Below, in pieces: positions 49,501 to 63,494 of a DNA stretch of 64,000 nucleotides. Below the pieces are notes generated by a model. The model did not search any database. It was not told where the DNA came from and saw only the letters and a list, made by a program, of their open reading frames with translations. This stretch comes from Macrostomum lignano (lineage: Eukaryota). The DNA is taken from contig NIVC01000019.1 of the NCBI GenBank assembly GCA_002269645.1, forward strand, positions 930,001-994,000. The letters run 5' to 3'. Each line of letters opens with the position of its first letter. Within the stretch, counting starts at the first letter, position 1. The position numbers and the translations under genes are program-made.

Positions 49501-52500
49501 GTGAGCGCGTGCCTGCGAACAGCATTGGCTCGCTTTCATGAGCTCAGGACACAACTGCCCGCAGCCCTCCTTCCATTCGCAGAGTCGTCATTCCGGATAT
49601 TCCAACACTCCTTCCTCTCGCCCGCAGACGCCGGGTCCATCCTGCCGTACGAGGACTACAGCTGGTACCCGCCAGTCTACCTGCGCAAAATCCCGAGCAA
49701 CCCGGACGCCCTGCTGGCCGAAGCCAAGTCGCTCAGAATCGCCGATTTTGTCGTCGCCGCCTCCGTTACCAATGCCGCCAACGTGGTTGCTAGGGGCATC
49801 GCGCTGGGCCTGATGGGCGGCATCTATCACTGGTTTGTGACCACCAAGGATCTCGCCGATTTTGCCTGCCCGTCCTGCGGCGCCGGCGGCCAGGTGTTCT
49901 ACTTCCGGCAGAGCGCCGCCAACGCCAGCAAAGCCGCCGAGGTGCTGAGCGCCGTCAGCGCCAGTGTCGGCGCGTCGATTGCTAAGGCGCGCGAAATCGA
50001 CATCCTGCTGGCCTACGACTCGGCGACGGCGCTGACGAAGGCGCTGCGCGCTCAAATCGACGCCAACGGCGGCGCCCCGATGAACGCCAGCAACGTGTTG
50101 AACTGCTTCGGCGACTACAGCGCCAGCGCCCCGGCCCGGCTGAACGACTTCTTGGCTAGGCTGAGGGTGGTGAGTTGCTTGCCTGTCTAACAGGTGTCTA
50201 ACATGTGTCTAACAGGTGTCTAACAGGTGTCTAGCAGGTTTCTAACAGGTGTCTAACAAGTTTCTAACAGGTATCTAACAGGTGTCTAGCAGGTGTCTAG
50301 AAGGTTTCTAACAGGTCTCCAAGAGGTGTCTAACAGGTGTCTAACAGGTATCTAACACAGGTGTCTAACAGGTGTCTAACAGGTGTCTAACAGGTGTCTA
50401 ACAGGTGTCTAACAGGTGTCTAACAGGTATCTAAGAGGTGCCTAACAGGTGCCTAACAGGTGTCTAACAGGTATCTAAGAGGTGCCTAACAGGTGTCTAA
50501 CAGGTGTCTAACAGGTATCTAAGAGGTGCCTAACAGGTGTCTAACAGGTGTCTAACATGTATCTAAGAGGTGCCTAACAGGTTTCTGACAGGTATCTAAC
50601 AGGCGTCTAACAGGTATCTAACAAGTGTCTAACAGGTGTCTAACAGGTGTCTAACAGGTGTCTAACAGGTGTCTGGCAGGTTTCTAACAGGTGTCTAGCA
50701 GGTTTCTAACAGGTATCTAACAGGTGTCTAACAGGTGTCTAGAAGGTTTCTAACAGGTCTCCAAGAGGTTTCTAACAGGTGTCTAACAGGTGTCTAGCAG
50801 GTCTCTAACAGGCGTCTAACAAGTTTCTAACTGGTGTCAGGTGTTCAACAGGTTTCTATCAGATATCTCACAGGTGGCTGACATGCAGGTGTCTAACAGG
50901 TTGCTAAAGGATGACTTTGGTGTCCAATAAATGTTTAAGAGGTGTCTAACAGATGAAAAGGTATCGAAGCAATTTAACAGTGAACAAAGATATCTCTCAG
51001 TCCAATAGGTGCAGTCTAACATCAGCTTAACTCCCACAATGGACCCGAACTTCAGCTCCCCAAATTCTCCGGTGTGATGGGCGGCGTCAACTTCGCCGGC
51101 ACGCTGCGCAACACCGACTCGACCTTCGCCGTCACGCAGCTGCAGTTCAACTCGGCCGGGGTCGCCAGCAGCGCTAAGGTTTCCGCGAGCGAAGAAACTG
51201 CCCAATATTTTCTCGCACTACTAACAGTAGTTTTCAGACATGAAATATTTAATTTACGCTTTTTCAACTGCAGGTTGGCACCTGGACTCGAGCCGGAGGA
51301 CTCGCTGGTGACGTTTCGTCCGTTGAACTGACCTACCTGACCAAGCGGACTCTGAATGTCCGACTCATTCACGTGAGGGGGCTGCGACCTACTTTTTAGT
51401 GAACATGGGCTCCAGAATGACAGTAGATGGGAAAACAGATGAGAGGGAGGGAATTAGGCGACACAAGAGAAAAAGTAGATAGTGAGATGGTGCAACATTG
51501 GCAGAGAAGTAGGCAACGGGAGGGAGAGAAGTAGGCAACGGGAGGGAGAGAAGTAGGCAATAAGAGGGAAAATGTAGGCAACCGAGAAGAGAAGTAGGCA
51601 AGGAGAGGGAGGAAAGTAGGCAACGGGAGGGAGAGAAGTAGGCAATAAGAGGGAAAATGTAGGCAACCGAGAAGAGAAGTAGGCAAGGAGAGGGAGGAAA
51701 GTAGGCAACGGGAGGGAGAGAAGTAGGCAATAAGAGGGAAAATGTAGGCAACCGAGAAGAGAAGTAGGCAAGGAGAGGGAGGAAAGTAGGCAACGGGAGG
51801 GAGACAAGTAGGCAATAGGAGGGAAAAATGTAGGCAACCGAGAAGAGAAGTAGGCAACGGGAGGCATGGAAGTAGGCAACAAGATGAGAGGAGTACGTAT
51901 CGAGAGGGATATAAGAGTAAGAGGTAGAGGGAGAGAAGTAGGGGGAGAAGTAGACAAATCAGATCAGTTCTACAGCCGCTCCACTCCCGCCCCCAGGACC
52001 CGCCGTTCGTGATCAAGCTGCCGAACGGCACCTTCACCGGCTACAGCGTCGAAATGCTGCAGGGCATCGCGGAGCGTATGAACTTCGACTACAGGCTGGT
52101 TGAGCAGCCCGACGGCGCCTACGGAGTCATGCTGGCTAACGGCAGCTGGAACGGCATGATGGGGGCGCTTGAGCGGGGGGTGAGAGTCATGTGTGACATT
52201 GTGATGGGATATTTTATTGTATTATTTGTATTGAGGTATGGAAGGAAGGGGATTAAGGCTAGGATTTTTGAGATTTCAAAGTAAAAGTGAAACTGAAAGC
52301 GTGATGGAAAGTATGAGTGAGAGTGAGAGTGAGAGTGAGAAAGTAAGAGTGAGAGTAAGAGTGAGAGTGAGAGTGTGAGAGTGAGAATGAGAGAGTGAGA
52401 GAGTGAGAGAATGAGAGTGGGAGTGAGAGAGTGAGAGAGTGAGAGAGAGAGGGAGAGAATGAGAGTGAGAGTGAGAGAGTGAGAAAGTGAGAGTGAGAGT

Positions 52501-52724
52501 GAGAGAGTAAGCGTGAGAGTGAGAGAGTGAGAGAGGGAGAGAAAGAATGAGAGTTAGACTGAGAGTGAGACTGATACTGAGTGATAACGAGAGTGAGAGT
52601 AAGAGAGAGTGAGAGTGAGAGTGAGAGTGAGCGTGAGAGTGAGAGAGTGAGAGAGGGAGAGAAAGAATGAGAGTTAGACTGAGAGTGAGACTGATACTGA
52701 GTGATAACGAGAGTGAGAGTAAGA

Positions 52725-52763
<39 letters not shown>

Positions 52764-52856
52764 CGTGAGAGTGAGAGAGTGAGAGAGGGAGAGAAAGAAT
52801 GAGAGTTAGACTGAGAGTGAGACTGATACTGAGTGATAACGAGAGTGAGAGTAAGA

Positions 52857-52889
<33 letters not shown>

Positions 52890-52982
52890 CGTGAGAGTGA
52901 GAGAGTGAGAGAGGGAGAGAAAGAATGAGAGTTAGACTGAGAGTGAGACTGATACTGAGTGATAATGAGAGTGAGAGTAAGA

Positions 52983-53022
<40 letters not shown>

Positions 53023-56000
53023 CAAGCTCAGATCGAGCACCCAGTTCAACCCTGGATTCCCAACCCGCTGCCAGGACGCGGACATGGCCATCGGGCCCAT
53101 CACAATCACGGCCCAGCGGGAGCAGGTTGCCGACTTCTCCGTGCCCATCTACGACTACGTGTCCCTGCAGATCGTGCTCAAGAAAGCCGCCGCCAGCAAC
53201 GATCAGACCTTCTTTTTGAAGGCCTTCACCTGGGACGTGTGGGTCTGCATTATTGCGATTGTCACCGTGACCGGCTTCCTCATCTTCTTTGTGGACAAGT
53301 GAGAGTCTTGAATCATTTTTTGCTGCCGTCATCGGCGCCACAAACTGATTGGGGATTGGCGCCACAAACTGATGGGGGATTGGCGCCACAAACTGATGAG
53401 GGATTGGCGCCACAAATTGATGGGGGATTGGCGCCACAAACTGATTGGGGATTGGCGCCACAAACTGATGGGGGATTGACGCCACAAACTGATTGGGGAT
53501 TGGCGCCTCAAATTGATGGGGGGGGGGCTGGTGCCACAAATTGATCGGGGATTGGCGCCACAAACCGATGAAGGATTGGCGCCACAAACCGATGAGGGAC
53601 TGGCGCCACAAGTTGATGGGGGATTGGCGCCACAAAGCTTCTATCCTGACGGTCATAATTGAGAATAATGATTATGAAGAATGGCGCCCCCACAACAAAG
53701 GATGGCGCCCACACACAACAAAGGATGGCGCCACCACACAACAAAGGATGCCGCCCCCACAACAAAGGATGCCGCCCACACACAACAAAGGATGTCGCCC
53801 ACACACAACAAAGGATGGGGCCACCACACAACAAAGGATGGCGCCACCACACAACAAAGGATGGGGCCACCACACAACAAAGGATGGCGCCCCCGCAACT
53901 AAAGGGCCAGAGATCGGCGCCCCCAACGCCCGTCCCCGCCCACCCCGCTAATCCAGGGTGAGCCCGTTCTCCTTTCAAAACCGCTACCGCAACGATCAAG
54001 TCCGAGACGGCGAGGCCGAAGGCAAGGTGTTCACCGTGAAGGAGTCGCTCTGGTACGTGCTCGGCGCCTACACGCAGGCTGGCGAGAGCTTCGATCCCCG
54101 CTCGATGTCCTGCCGAACCATCATCGTTGGATTCTGGCTGTTCGGCTACTTGATGATGTCACTTTACACCGCTAACTTGGCCGCCCAGCTCACTGTTGAC
54201 AAGCTGGTGCAGCCGCCGCAGGGATTCGACGAGCTCACCACCCAGGCCACGGTGAAGTACACCGTGATCAAGGATACGGCCGCCTACGAGCACTTCCAGC
54301 GGATGATGAACGCCGAGAAGAATCTGTACAGATATTGGCTCACCAGCGGCATCGGGAATGAGGAGACTGTCAACGAGGTGGGTCGATGGGGAATGGGGCT
54401 GCTGGGGGATTGAGGGAGGGATAGAGGGGAAGATGGGATAGATGGGAAGATGGGATAGAGGGGAAGATGGGATAGAGGGGAAGATGGGATACATGGGAAG
54501 ATAGGATAGAGGGGAAGATGAAATAAGAGGAGAAGATGGGATGAAGGGGAAGATGAAATATGAGGGGAAGATGGGTGGAGGGAAAATGGGATAAGACAGG
54601 AAGATGGGTGGAGGGAAAATGGGATAAGACAGGAAGATGGGTGGAGGGAAAATGGGATAAGACAGGAAGATGGGTGGAGGGAAAATGGGATAAGACAGGA
54701 AGATGGGTGGAGGGAAAATGGGATAAGACAGGAAGATGGGAGAAAGGGCAATTTAAGGTGGGAAGAGAAAGTGTGACAGAAGCCATTCACAGAGGCAGTA
54801 ACACTCAGTACGCATGCGACAAGCTCCGCAAATGCAATGCAAGCTGGAATGACAACAATCAGGTGGCGGCCCTGGAGACCTGGAAGTACCCGGTTATCGA
54901 GCGCTACACGTCCGTGTGGTCCCGAATGACCCGCTGGGGCTTCGCCGACAGCACCGAGGACGCTTTGAAGAAGATTCGACAGGACGGCATGGCGGTCTTC
55001 CTGGACAGCGCGCTGGTGAAGTACTACTCGGCCCAGTCCTGCGACCTCATGACCGTCGGGGAGCCGTTCGCGCCGAGGCCCTACGGCGTAGCGTTGCGCC
55101 AGAAATCGCCGCTGTTGAAGGCGTTGAATATTGCGTGAGTGCAAGAATGTACACTCTGACATGTGCACTCCAATATGTGCACTCCAATATGTGCACTCCA
55201 ATGTGTACACTCCAATATGTACACTCCAATATGTACACTCTGATATGTACACTCCAATATGTGCACTCCAATATGTACACTCCAATATGTACACTCCAAT
55301 ATATGCACTCCAATATGTACACTCCAATATGTACACTCCAATATGTACACTCCAATATGTACACTCCAATATGTACACTCCAATATGTACACTCCAATAT
55401 GTGCACTCCAATGTGTACACTCCAATATGTGCACTCCAATATGTACACTCCAATATGTGCACTCCAATATGTACATTCCAATATGTACACTTTATTATGT
55501 ACACTCCAATATGTGCACTCCAATATGTACACTCCAATATGTACATTCCAATATGTACACTCCAATATGTGCACTCCAATATGTACACTCCAATATGTAC
55601 ACTCTGATATGTACACTCCAATATGTACACTCCAATATGTACACTCCAGTATGTACACTTTATTATGTACACTCCAATATGTACACTCCAATATGTACAC
55701 TTTATTATGTACACTCCAATATGTACACTTTATTATGTACACTCCAATATGTACACTTTATTATGTACACTCCAATATGTACACTTTAATATATACACTT
55801 AAATTACATGCTAAAGTCACCTCACAAACCACAGCAGCTCAACTGATGACATGCCACACAGCCATGCAAAGTACAAAAACATTTTTTTCGATTTCTCTTC
55901 CCAATTATCTGCACCGCTGATGGGATAATTAGCACCTCTGGGGATTAATCCCTCTGTCTTTAGTGTCAAATATCCTCAATAGATTTTCATTCCTTCTTCT

Positions 56001-58438
56001 AATTATTCCCAGCTAAGGTCTCACCTTTCCAAATATCGCAAATCTATCCAGGTAATCCCAGCTCAGGGCCGATAATCTTGAATACTAATTGCTTGTTGTT
56101 AATCCGGGGAAAACGATCCCAAATCCCAATCTCAAATGACCTCGCGCAGAATTCTCGGTCTGAACGAGAACCGGGTGACGGACTCGCTCAAGCAGGCCTG
56201 GTGGTCGGCCAACAAAGTCACCTGCCCGACTAGCGACTCCTCGTCTGGTGAGCCGGGCTCAACTTTTCTTGCTTACTACTCAATTCCAATGGATAGTAGT
56301 GAGATAGGGATATTTTACTATTTTGTATGATCTATGCAATTTTTTAATTATTCATTACCAGCTGTTCTGACATCCACACTGTTTCACCTGACATCCTCAG
56401 TGTCTCACCTGACATTCTCAATTTCTCACCTGACATCCTCAATGTCTCACCTGACATCCTCACTGTCTCACCTGACATTCTCAATGTCTCACCTGACATC
56501 CTCAATGTCTCACCTGACATTCTCAATGTCTCACCTGACATCCTCAATGTCTCACCTGACATCCTCAATGTCTCACCTGACATCCTCACTGTCTCACCTG
56601 ACATTCTCAATGTCTCACCTAACATTCTCAATGTCTCACCTGACATCCTCAATCAATGTCTCACCTGACATCCTCAATGTCTCACCTGACATCCTCAATG
56701 TCTCACCTGACATCCTCAATCAATGTCTCACCTGACATCCTCAATGTCTCACCTGACATCCTCAATGTCTCACCTGACATCCTCAATCAATGTCTCACCT
56801 GACATCCTCAATGTCTCACCTGACATCCTCAATGTCTCACCTGTCTCTCTTGCAAAAGCGGCAGTTTTGAACTCCCATCAAATTCTAACAGAAAATGTCT
56901 CAAATTATAATCAATTCGAAAAATTTTGCCAGGCCTCAGCCTGCAGACTCTCGGCGGCGCCTTCATCTTCTTCTGCATCGGAGTCGGCATTGCCATCATC
57001 GTCTTCATCGGCGAGAAAATCGTAGCCAAAATCTACGGTGTGGAATGGGCGAAGGATGTAAGTGAAGAGATGCTGGAACCCAGTGTGATGGAAGATGCTG
57101 GAACCCAGATCCAGATTCAGATCCGGTGTGAGACCTCACAAAATCCGATGTGAGATCCCACAACATCCGGGGTGAAATCCTCACAAGATCCAGTTTGAAA
57201 TCCTTACAAGATCCAGTGTGAAATACTCGCAACATCCGGTGTGAGATCCGCGAAGATCCGGTGTGAGACCGCCCAAGATCCGGTGTGAAACCCCACAACA
57301 TCCGATGTGAGACCCCACAAGATCCGGTGTGAGACCCCACAACATTCAGTGTGATACCCACAACATCTGGTGTGAAACCCCACAACATCCGGTGTGGAAC
57401 CCCACAACATCTGGTGTTAGATCCCACAACATCCGGTGTTAGATCCCACAACATCCGGTGTGGAACCCCACACCATCCGGTGTGAGACTGCACAACATCC
57501 GTGTGAAACCCCATAACATCCGGTGTGAAACCCCACAACATCCGGTGTTAGATCCCACAACATCCGGTGTTAGATCCCACAACATCCGGTGTTAGATCCC
57601 ACAACATCCGGTGTGGAACCCCACAACATCCGGTGTGGAACCCCACAACATCTGGTGTGAGACTGCACAACATCCGTGTGAAACCCCACAACATCCGGTG
57701 TGAAACCCCACAACATCCGGTGTGGAACCTCACAACATCCGGTGTGGAACCCCACAACATCCGGTGTGGAACCCCAGAACATCCGGTGTGAGACTGCACA
57801 ACATCCGTGTGAAACCCCACAACATCCGGTGTGAAACCCCACAACATCCGGTGTGAAACCCCACAACATCCGGTGTGGAACCCCACAACATCCGGTGTGA
57901 AGCCCCACAACATCCGGTGTGAAGCCCCACAACATCCGGTGTGGAACCCCACAACATCCGGTGTGGAACCCCACAACATCCGGTGTGAAGCCCCACAACA
58001 TCCGGTGTGGAACCTCACAACATCCGGTGTGAAACCCCACAACATCCGGTGTGGAACCCCCTACCCCCCAACCCGCAGGAGACCAAGCAGACCAAGCAGA
58101 ACACGCTGATGATGATGGTCGGCCCGTCCACCGCCACCCTCCGAGCCTCGAATTCGTCCATCCGACCGGCCACCGGCGGCCTGCCGCGGCCGGTCGTCGG
58201 GCACCACCGGTCCAGCGGCCGGGCGAGCAGCCGGGCGAGCGGCCGTCGCAGGAGCAGCGTCGGCCCGTCGGCCGCCTATCGAGTGAACGGCGATGACGAT
58301 GGCGGCAAGTCGGCCGCAGCAGCCGCCCCCACCAGCGCCGAGGACATCGAGCTGGGCAGCAAGCCGGATGCGTCCAACTCCGCCGCTGGTGGTGCCGACA
58401 ACGTCGTCGAGAAAGGTGTCGACGTGCCACCAAAGTAA
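46537..58438 (+). CDS. Ionotropic receptor of the iGluR superfamily, IR25a/IR8a-like, with amino-terminal domain; about 1015 aa, 13 exons
   Basis: Exons 46537-46636, 47019-47171, 47681-47929, 49583-50169, 51056-51178, 51274-51372, 51997-52179, 53075-53298, 53957-54377, 54809-55134, 56150-56247, 56933-57057, 58079-58438 (3048 nt, in frame). Signal peptide; S1 (DPPFV, WNGMMG, ADMAIGPITITAQRE..DFS); M1; pore loop (SLWYVLGAYTQAG); M3 (LYTANLAAQL); S2 (WKYPV, FLDSA, CDLMTVGEPF); M4 (LSLQTLGGAFI). Confidence 0.92.
46715..46980. repeat. 24-bp minisatellite, IR intron 1
   Basis: (GAGAGGGGAACAGAGAGGGTGTCC)n. Confidence 0.93.
47225..47640. repeat. 19-bp minisatellite, IR intron 2
   Basis: (GAGACACAAACAACGGATA)n and variants. 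Confidence 0.95.
48590..49405. repeat. 16-bp minisatellite, IR intron 3
   Basis: (CCCCTTATCCCGAATT)n. Confidence 0.96.
50185..50960. repeat. 11-bp minisatellite, IR intron 4
   Basis: (GTGTCTAACAG)n. Confidence 0.95.
51500..51880. repeat. Purine-rich repeat with an 85-bp higher-order period, IR intron 6
   Basis: Core AGTAGGCAA; TAAGAGGG at 51561, 51646 and 51731. Confidence 0.9.
52310..53020. repeat. (GAGAGT)n with an approximately 120-130-bp higher-order unit, IR intron 7
   Basis: Direct reading. Confidence 0.93.
53330..53900. repeat. Two adjacent approximately 24-bp arrays sharing a GGCGCC core, IR intron 8
   Basis: TTGGCGCCACAAACTGATGGGGGA (53330-53640) and GATGGCGCC..CACAACAAAG (53680-53900). 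Confidence 0.92.
54410..54745. repeat. Purine-rich 17-bp and 33-bp arrays, IR intron 9
   Basis: GGGAAGATGGGATAGAG, then (GGGTGGAGGGAAAATGGGATAAGACAGGAAGAT)n. Confidence 0.92.
55145..55795. repeat. 14-bp minisatellite, IR intron 10
   Basis: (GTACACTCCAATAT)n. Confidence 0.96.
56365..56840. repeat. 21-bp minisatellite, IR intron 11
   Basis: (TCTCACCTGACATCCTCAATG)n. Confidence 0.95.
57110..58050. repeat. 22-bp minisatellite, IR intron 12
   Basis: (AACATCCGGTGTGAAACCCCAC)n. Confidence 0.95.
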
Positions 58439-59842
58439 AGCGATCGGGTCGGATCGGGTTTAATGTTTTCTGAAATTCAAATTCACTGACAAAATGAATT
58501 ATTCTTTACAGACGCAATTGCTATTACTGACAGTAGCACTCGGCACTGAATGCCCTGCACCATAAGCAAACGATTCACCGAAAAATATTATTTTCAATTT
58601 TTTTCAATACAAAGTTGCAATGAGTTAGTAGTATAGCCTGTGTTTTTTACTTTTTTGTACTTTTTCTTTGTTCGAGTCTTTTTAATCTATCGCACTATTT
58701 TATTTATATAGTAATAAACATTTCTGACACGATATGGTTGCTGTGCAACTATTGACTGCGTTGGCTGGTCAAGGGTCACTCTATTAATGCTGCTGTGTAT
58801 TTATGATCTACCCGGATGTACATCCTGACATACAACCTGACCCCATCCTGACTCATGGCCCACTCCTGACCCACTCCTAACCCATGTCATGACCTACTCC
58901 TGACCCCACTACTGACCCACTCCTGATCCGGGTCCTGACCCACTCCTGACCCACATTCTAACCGGCATATAAAAAGGTCTAATATAATAAAGCCCATATT
59001 TTTCTAATGGCCTCTTTAACCAGCCAACGCTACAAGCAGATATTTTTCTGCGCCATGCATGACGAACCACACCTGATAATTAATTTATCCACTACGACGA
59101 GTAGATGCCTTTAAACATTTACTCACATTCAGGACAGAGCGCCTTTGACTATTTATTAAAATCTGCCAGCAAATTCTTCACCTCTGAAGCAGTTAGCATT
59201 GGGTAGCGTTTTAGATGCAAAAAGATTCAGACGTTACTTTTCTAAGAAAATTTTCGATTAATTTTCATTCACTACTCGAGGTACTGTTAGTAGACTGTTT
59301 GAATGCTTACGAATTTTTTTCTGTTTTTGCACAAAATATAAAATAACCAAAGCTGCAAAAATGCGGCTAATTCCAAATTGAACTTTGCTTTCACCTAAAA
59401 AATATTTTTCAAAGTACCGAAGTAACTTTCATAACAGTGGAACCAATTATAGAAAACAGTTGAAACCATTCCGTCTAATTATTTGACTTCAAAGCATTTC
59501 TAAACCTCAATCTCAATCAATCTCAATTGACTTTCGAACTTGATGAATCTGTCAGAGAGTTCTCAGTACTCACTCATTTTCACATTTTGAGCATAATTAA
59601 AACTTGAATTTTATTTGACTAACTTATGAGCTATTGTTGACCCGACTCAATGCATCTCGAAATCAATTTTGAAGAGTCCACATAACTCAGTTCTCAAGCG
59701 GTCTGTTTGCGGCTGTAATGCACACACAGTTGAGTTCTATTGTGTGAAAAATTTAACAGAGAATCAAAACTCATCTCAGACAGACGAGTCTTATTGGAGA
59801 TTGCTCAGACAGATCAATTCTATATTGTTGAACTAAAGATAA

Positions 59843-61677
<1,835 letters not shown>

Positions 61678-61964
61678 CTGATAAGCAACAGCAAGCTGGG
61701 AGTCATACTCTCCATCCATCTCTGCCGGGGGCTGGTCCTGTCTTTGATTTTCCTGCCGCCTTCGAGCTGCGCGGGGGTTCCGCTCCGGATGAGTCCGGAT
61801 GCAGTGTGTCATTAACTAATTCATCGCTTAATAGGTCTTTTGCTCGCTTGTAATATGAAAGCAGACAGGTGGTCTTTGTTCTTCAGATGGATAGCATTTG
61901 CTTTCTTCCTGTCTCCTTCTAACTGTCGTGGGGCATCTCTCTACTCTTATGGCGCATCTCTCTA

Positions 61965-62750
61965 AATTTGGCGCCTCTCTCTCTACAGCCTTAGCGTCTT
62001 TCTTTTCAGTTTTGGCGCTTCTCTCTCTTTCTCTCTCTACAGTTTTGGCGCCTCACTCTACAGTTTTGGCGCCTTTCTCTCTACAGTTTTGGCGCCTTTC
62101 TCTCTACAGTTTTGGCGCCTTTCTCTCTACAGTTTTGGCGCCTCTCTCTCTACAGTTTTGGCGCCTTTCTCTCTACAGTTTTGGCGCCTTTCTCTCTACA
62201 GTTTTGGCGCCTCTCTCTACAGTTCTGGCGCCTCACTCTCTACAGCTTTGGCGCCTCTCTCTCTACAGTTTTGGCGCCTTTCTCTCTACAGTTTTGGCGC
62301 CTCACTCTACAGTCTTGGCGCCTTTTTCTCTACAGTTTTGGCGCCTTTCCCTCTACAGTTCTGGCGCCTCATTCTACAGTTTTGGCGCCTCTCTCTCTAC
62401 AGTTTTGGCGCCTTCATCTCTACAGTTTTGGCGCCTTTATCTCAACAGCTTTGGCGCCTCACTCTACAGTTTTGGCGCCTCTCTCTACAGTTTTGGCGCC
62501 TCTCTCTCTACAGTTTTGGCGCCTTCATCTCTACAGTTTTGGCGCCTTTATCTCTACAGTTTTGGCGCCTCACTCTACAGTTTTGGCGCCTCTCTCTACA
62601 GTTTTGGCGCCTTATCTCTACAGTTTTGGCGCCTTTCTCTCTACAGTTTTGGCGCCTTTCTCTCTACAGTTTTGGCGCCTTTCTCTCTACAGCTTTGGCG
62701 CCTTTCTCTCTACCGTTTTGGCGCCTCTCCCTACAGTTTGGCGCCTTTTT
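61965..62750. repeat. 21-23-bp minisatellite (TTTTGGCGCCTTTCTCTCTACAG)n
   Basis: Direct reading. Confidence 0.95.
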
Positions 62751-63494
62751 CTACTTTTATTGCAGAGAATTATTTACCCGATCAGTGCGACTTTCACATC
62801 GATTTGAATCATTTGGTCTGTCTAAACAGGCTTGGACAATCATAGCGGTGGAACGCTGAACAGTCTGACAGTCAGGGGCCTCGGGCGGAATTTTCCAACA
62901 ACGCCGAGAGCACCAGAGCCGAGTCTCCTCAACCCCTCGAGCAAAATTATCATCAGGTGTTAATTATAGAACAGCCCAACCGTGGAACGAGACAGAGTGC
63001 TACTAAGTGACTGGGGTTCCGCAATGTTTACTAAATAGAAATCCAATTCTCCAGTTTATCTGGGAGCTGCATTGCAGATCTTTTAGCCTTGAGAAGAGAT
63101 GGCGATCAGACCATAGGTGAGAGTGATTGTGCAAGGCTGAGATTGCAACGCTTTGATAGGCCCTGTTTAGTGTGAATAATTGATCTGATAAGGCAGTCTC
63201 AGTGGACACGGTCGTATTTATTAGACTCTTATCTGTTATCTGTGTCCTCTGTGTGTGATTGTTATGATCTCGGCGGCAAATATTGACTCATTTGGGCAGA
63301 CTCAATTATTCTGAGTAAGCCCCCCCCCTGCAAACCAGAGTATAGGCAATAGACAAGAGACCATTTATAAAAAAACAACAAAACAGAGACTTAGCACTCA
63401 TATTTCAGAGCACCAATTTACCTGTTTAATTATTTTGCAAACGGCGTTTTATGATACAGACTTGATTTTGGCCTAGTAGGGTGTTGCGGGCGCC

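Noticed and set aside
52259-58433. Long ORFs overlapping IR introns on both strands
   Set aside because: Array translations that sometimes read into true exons; explained by the spliced model.
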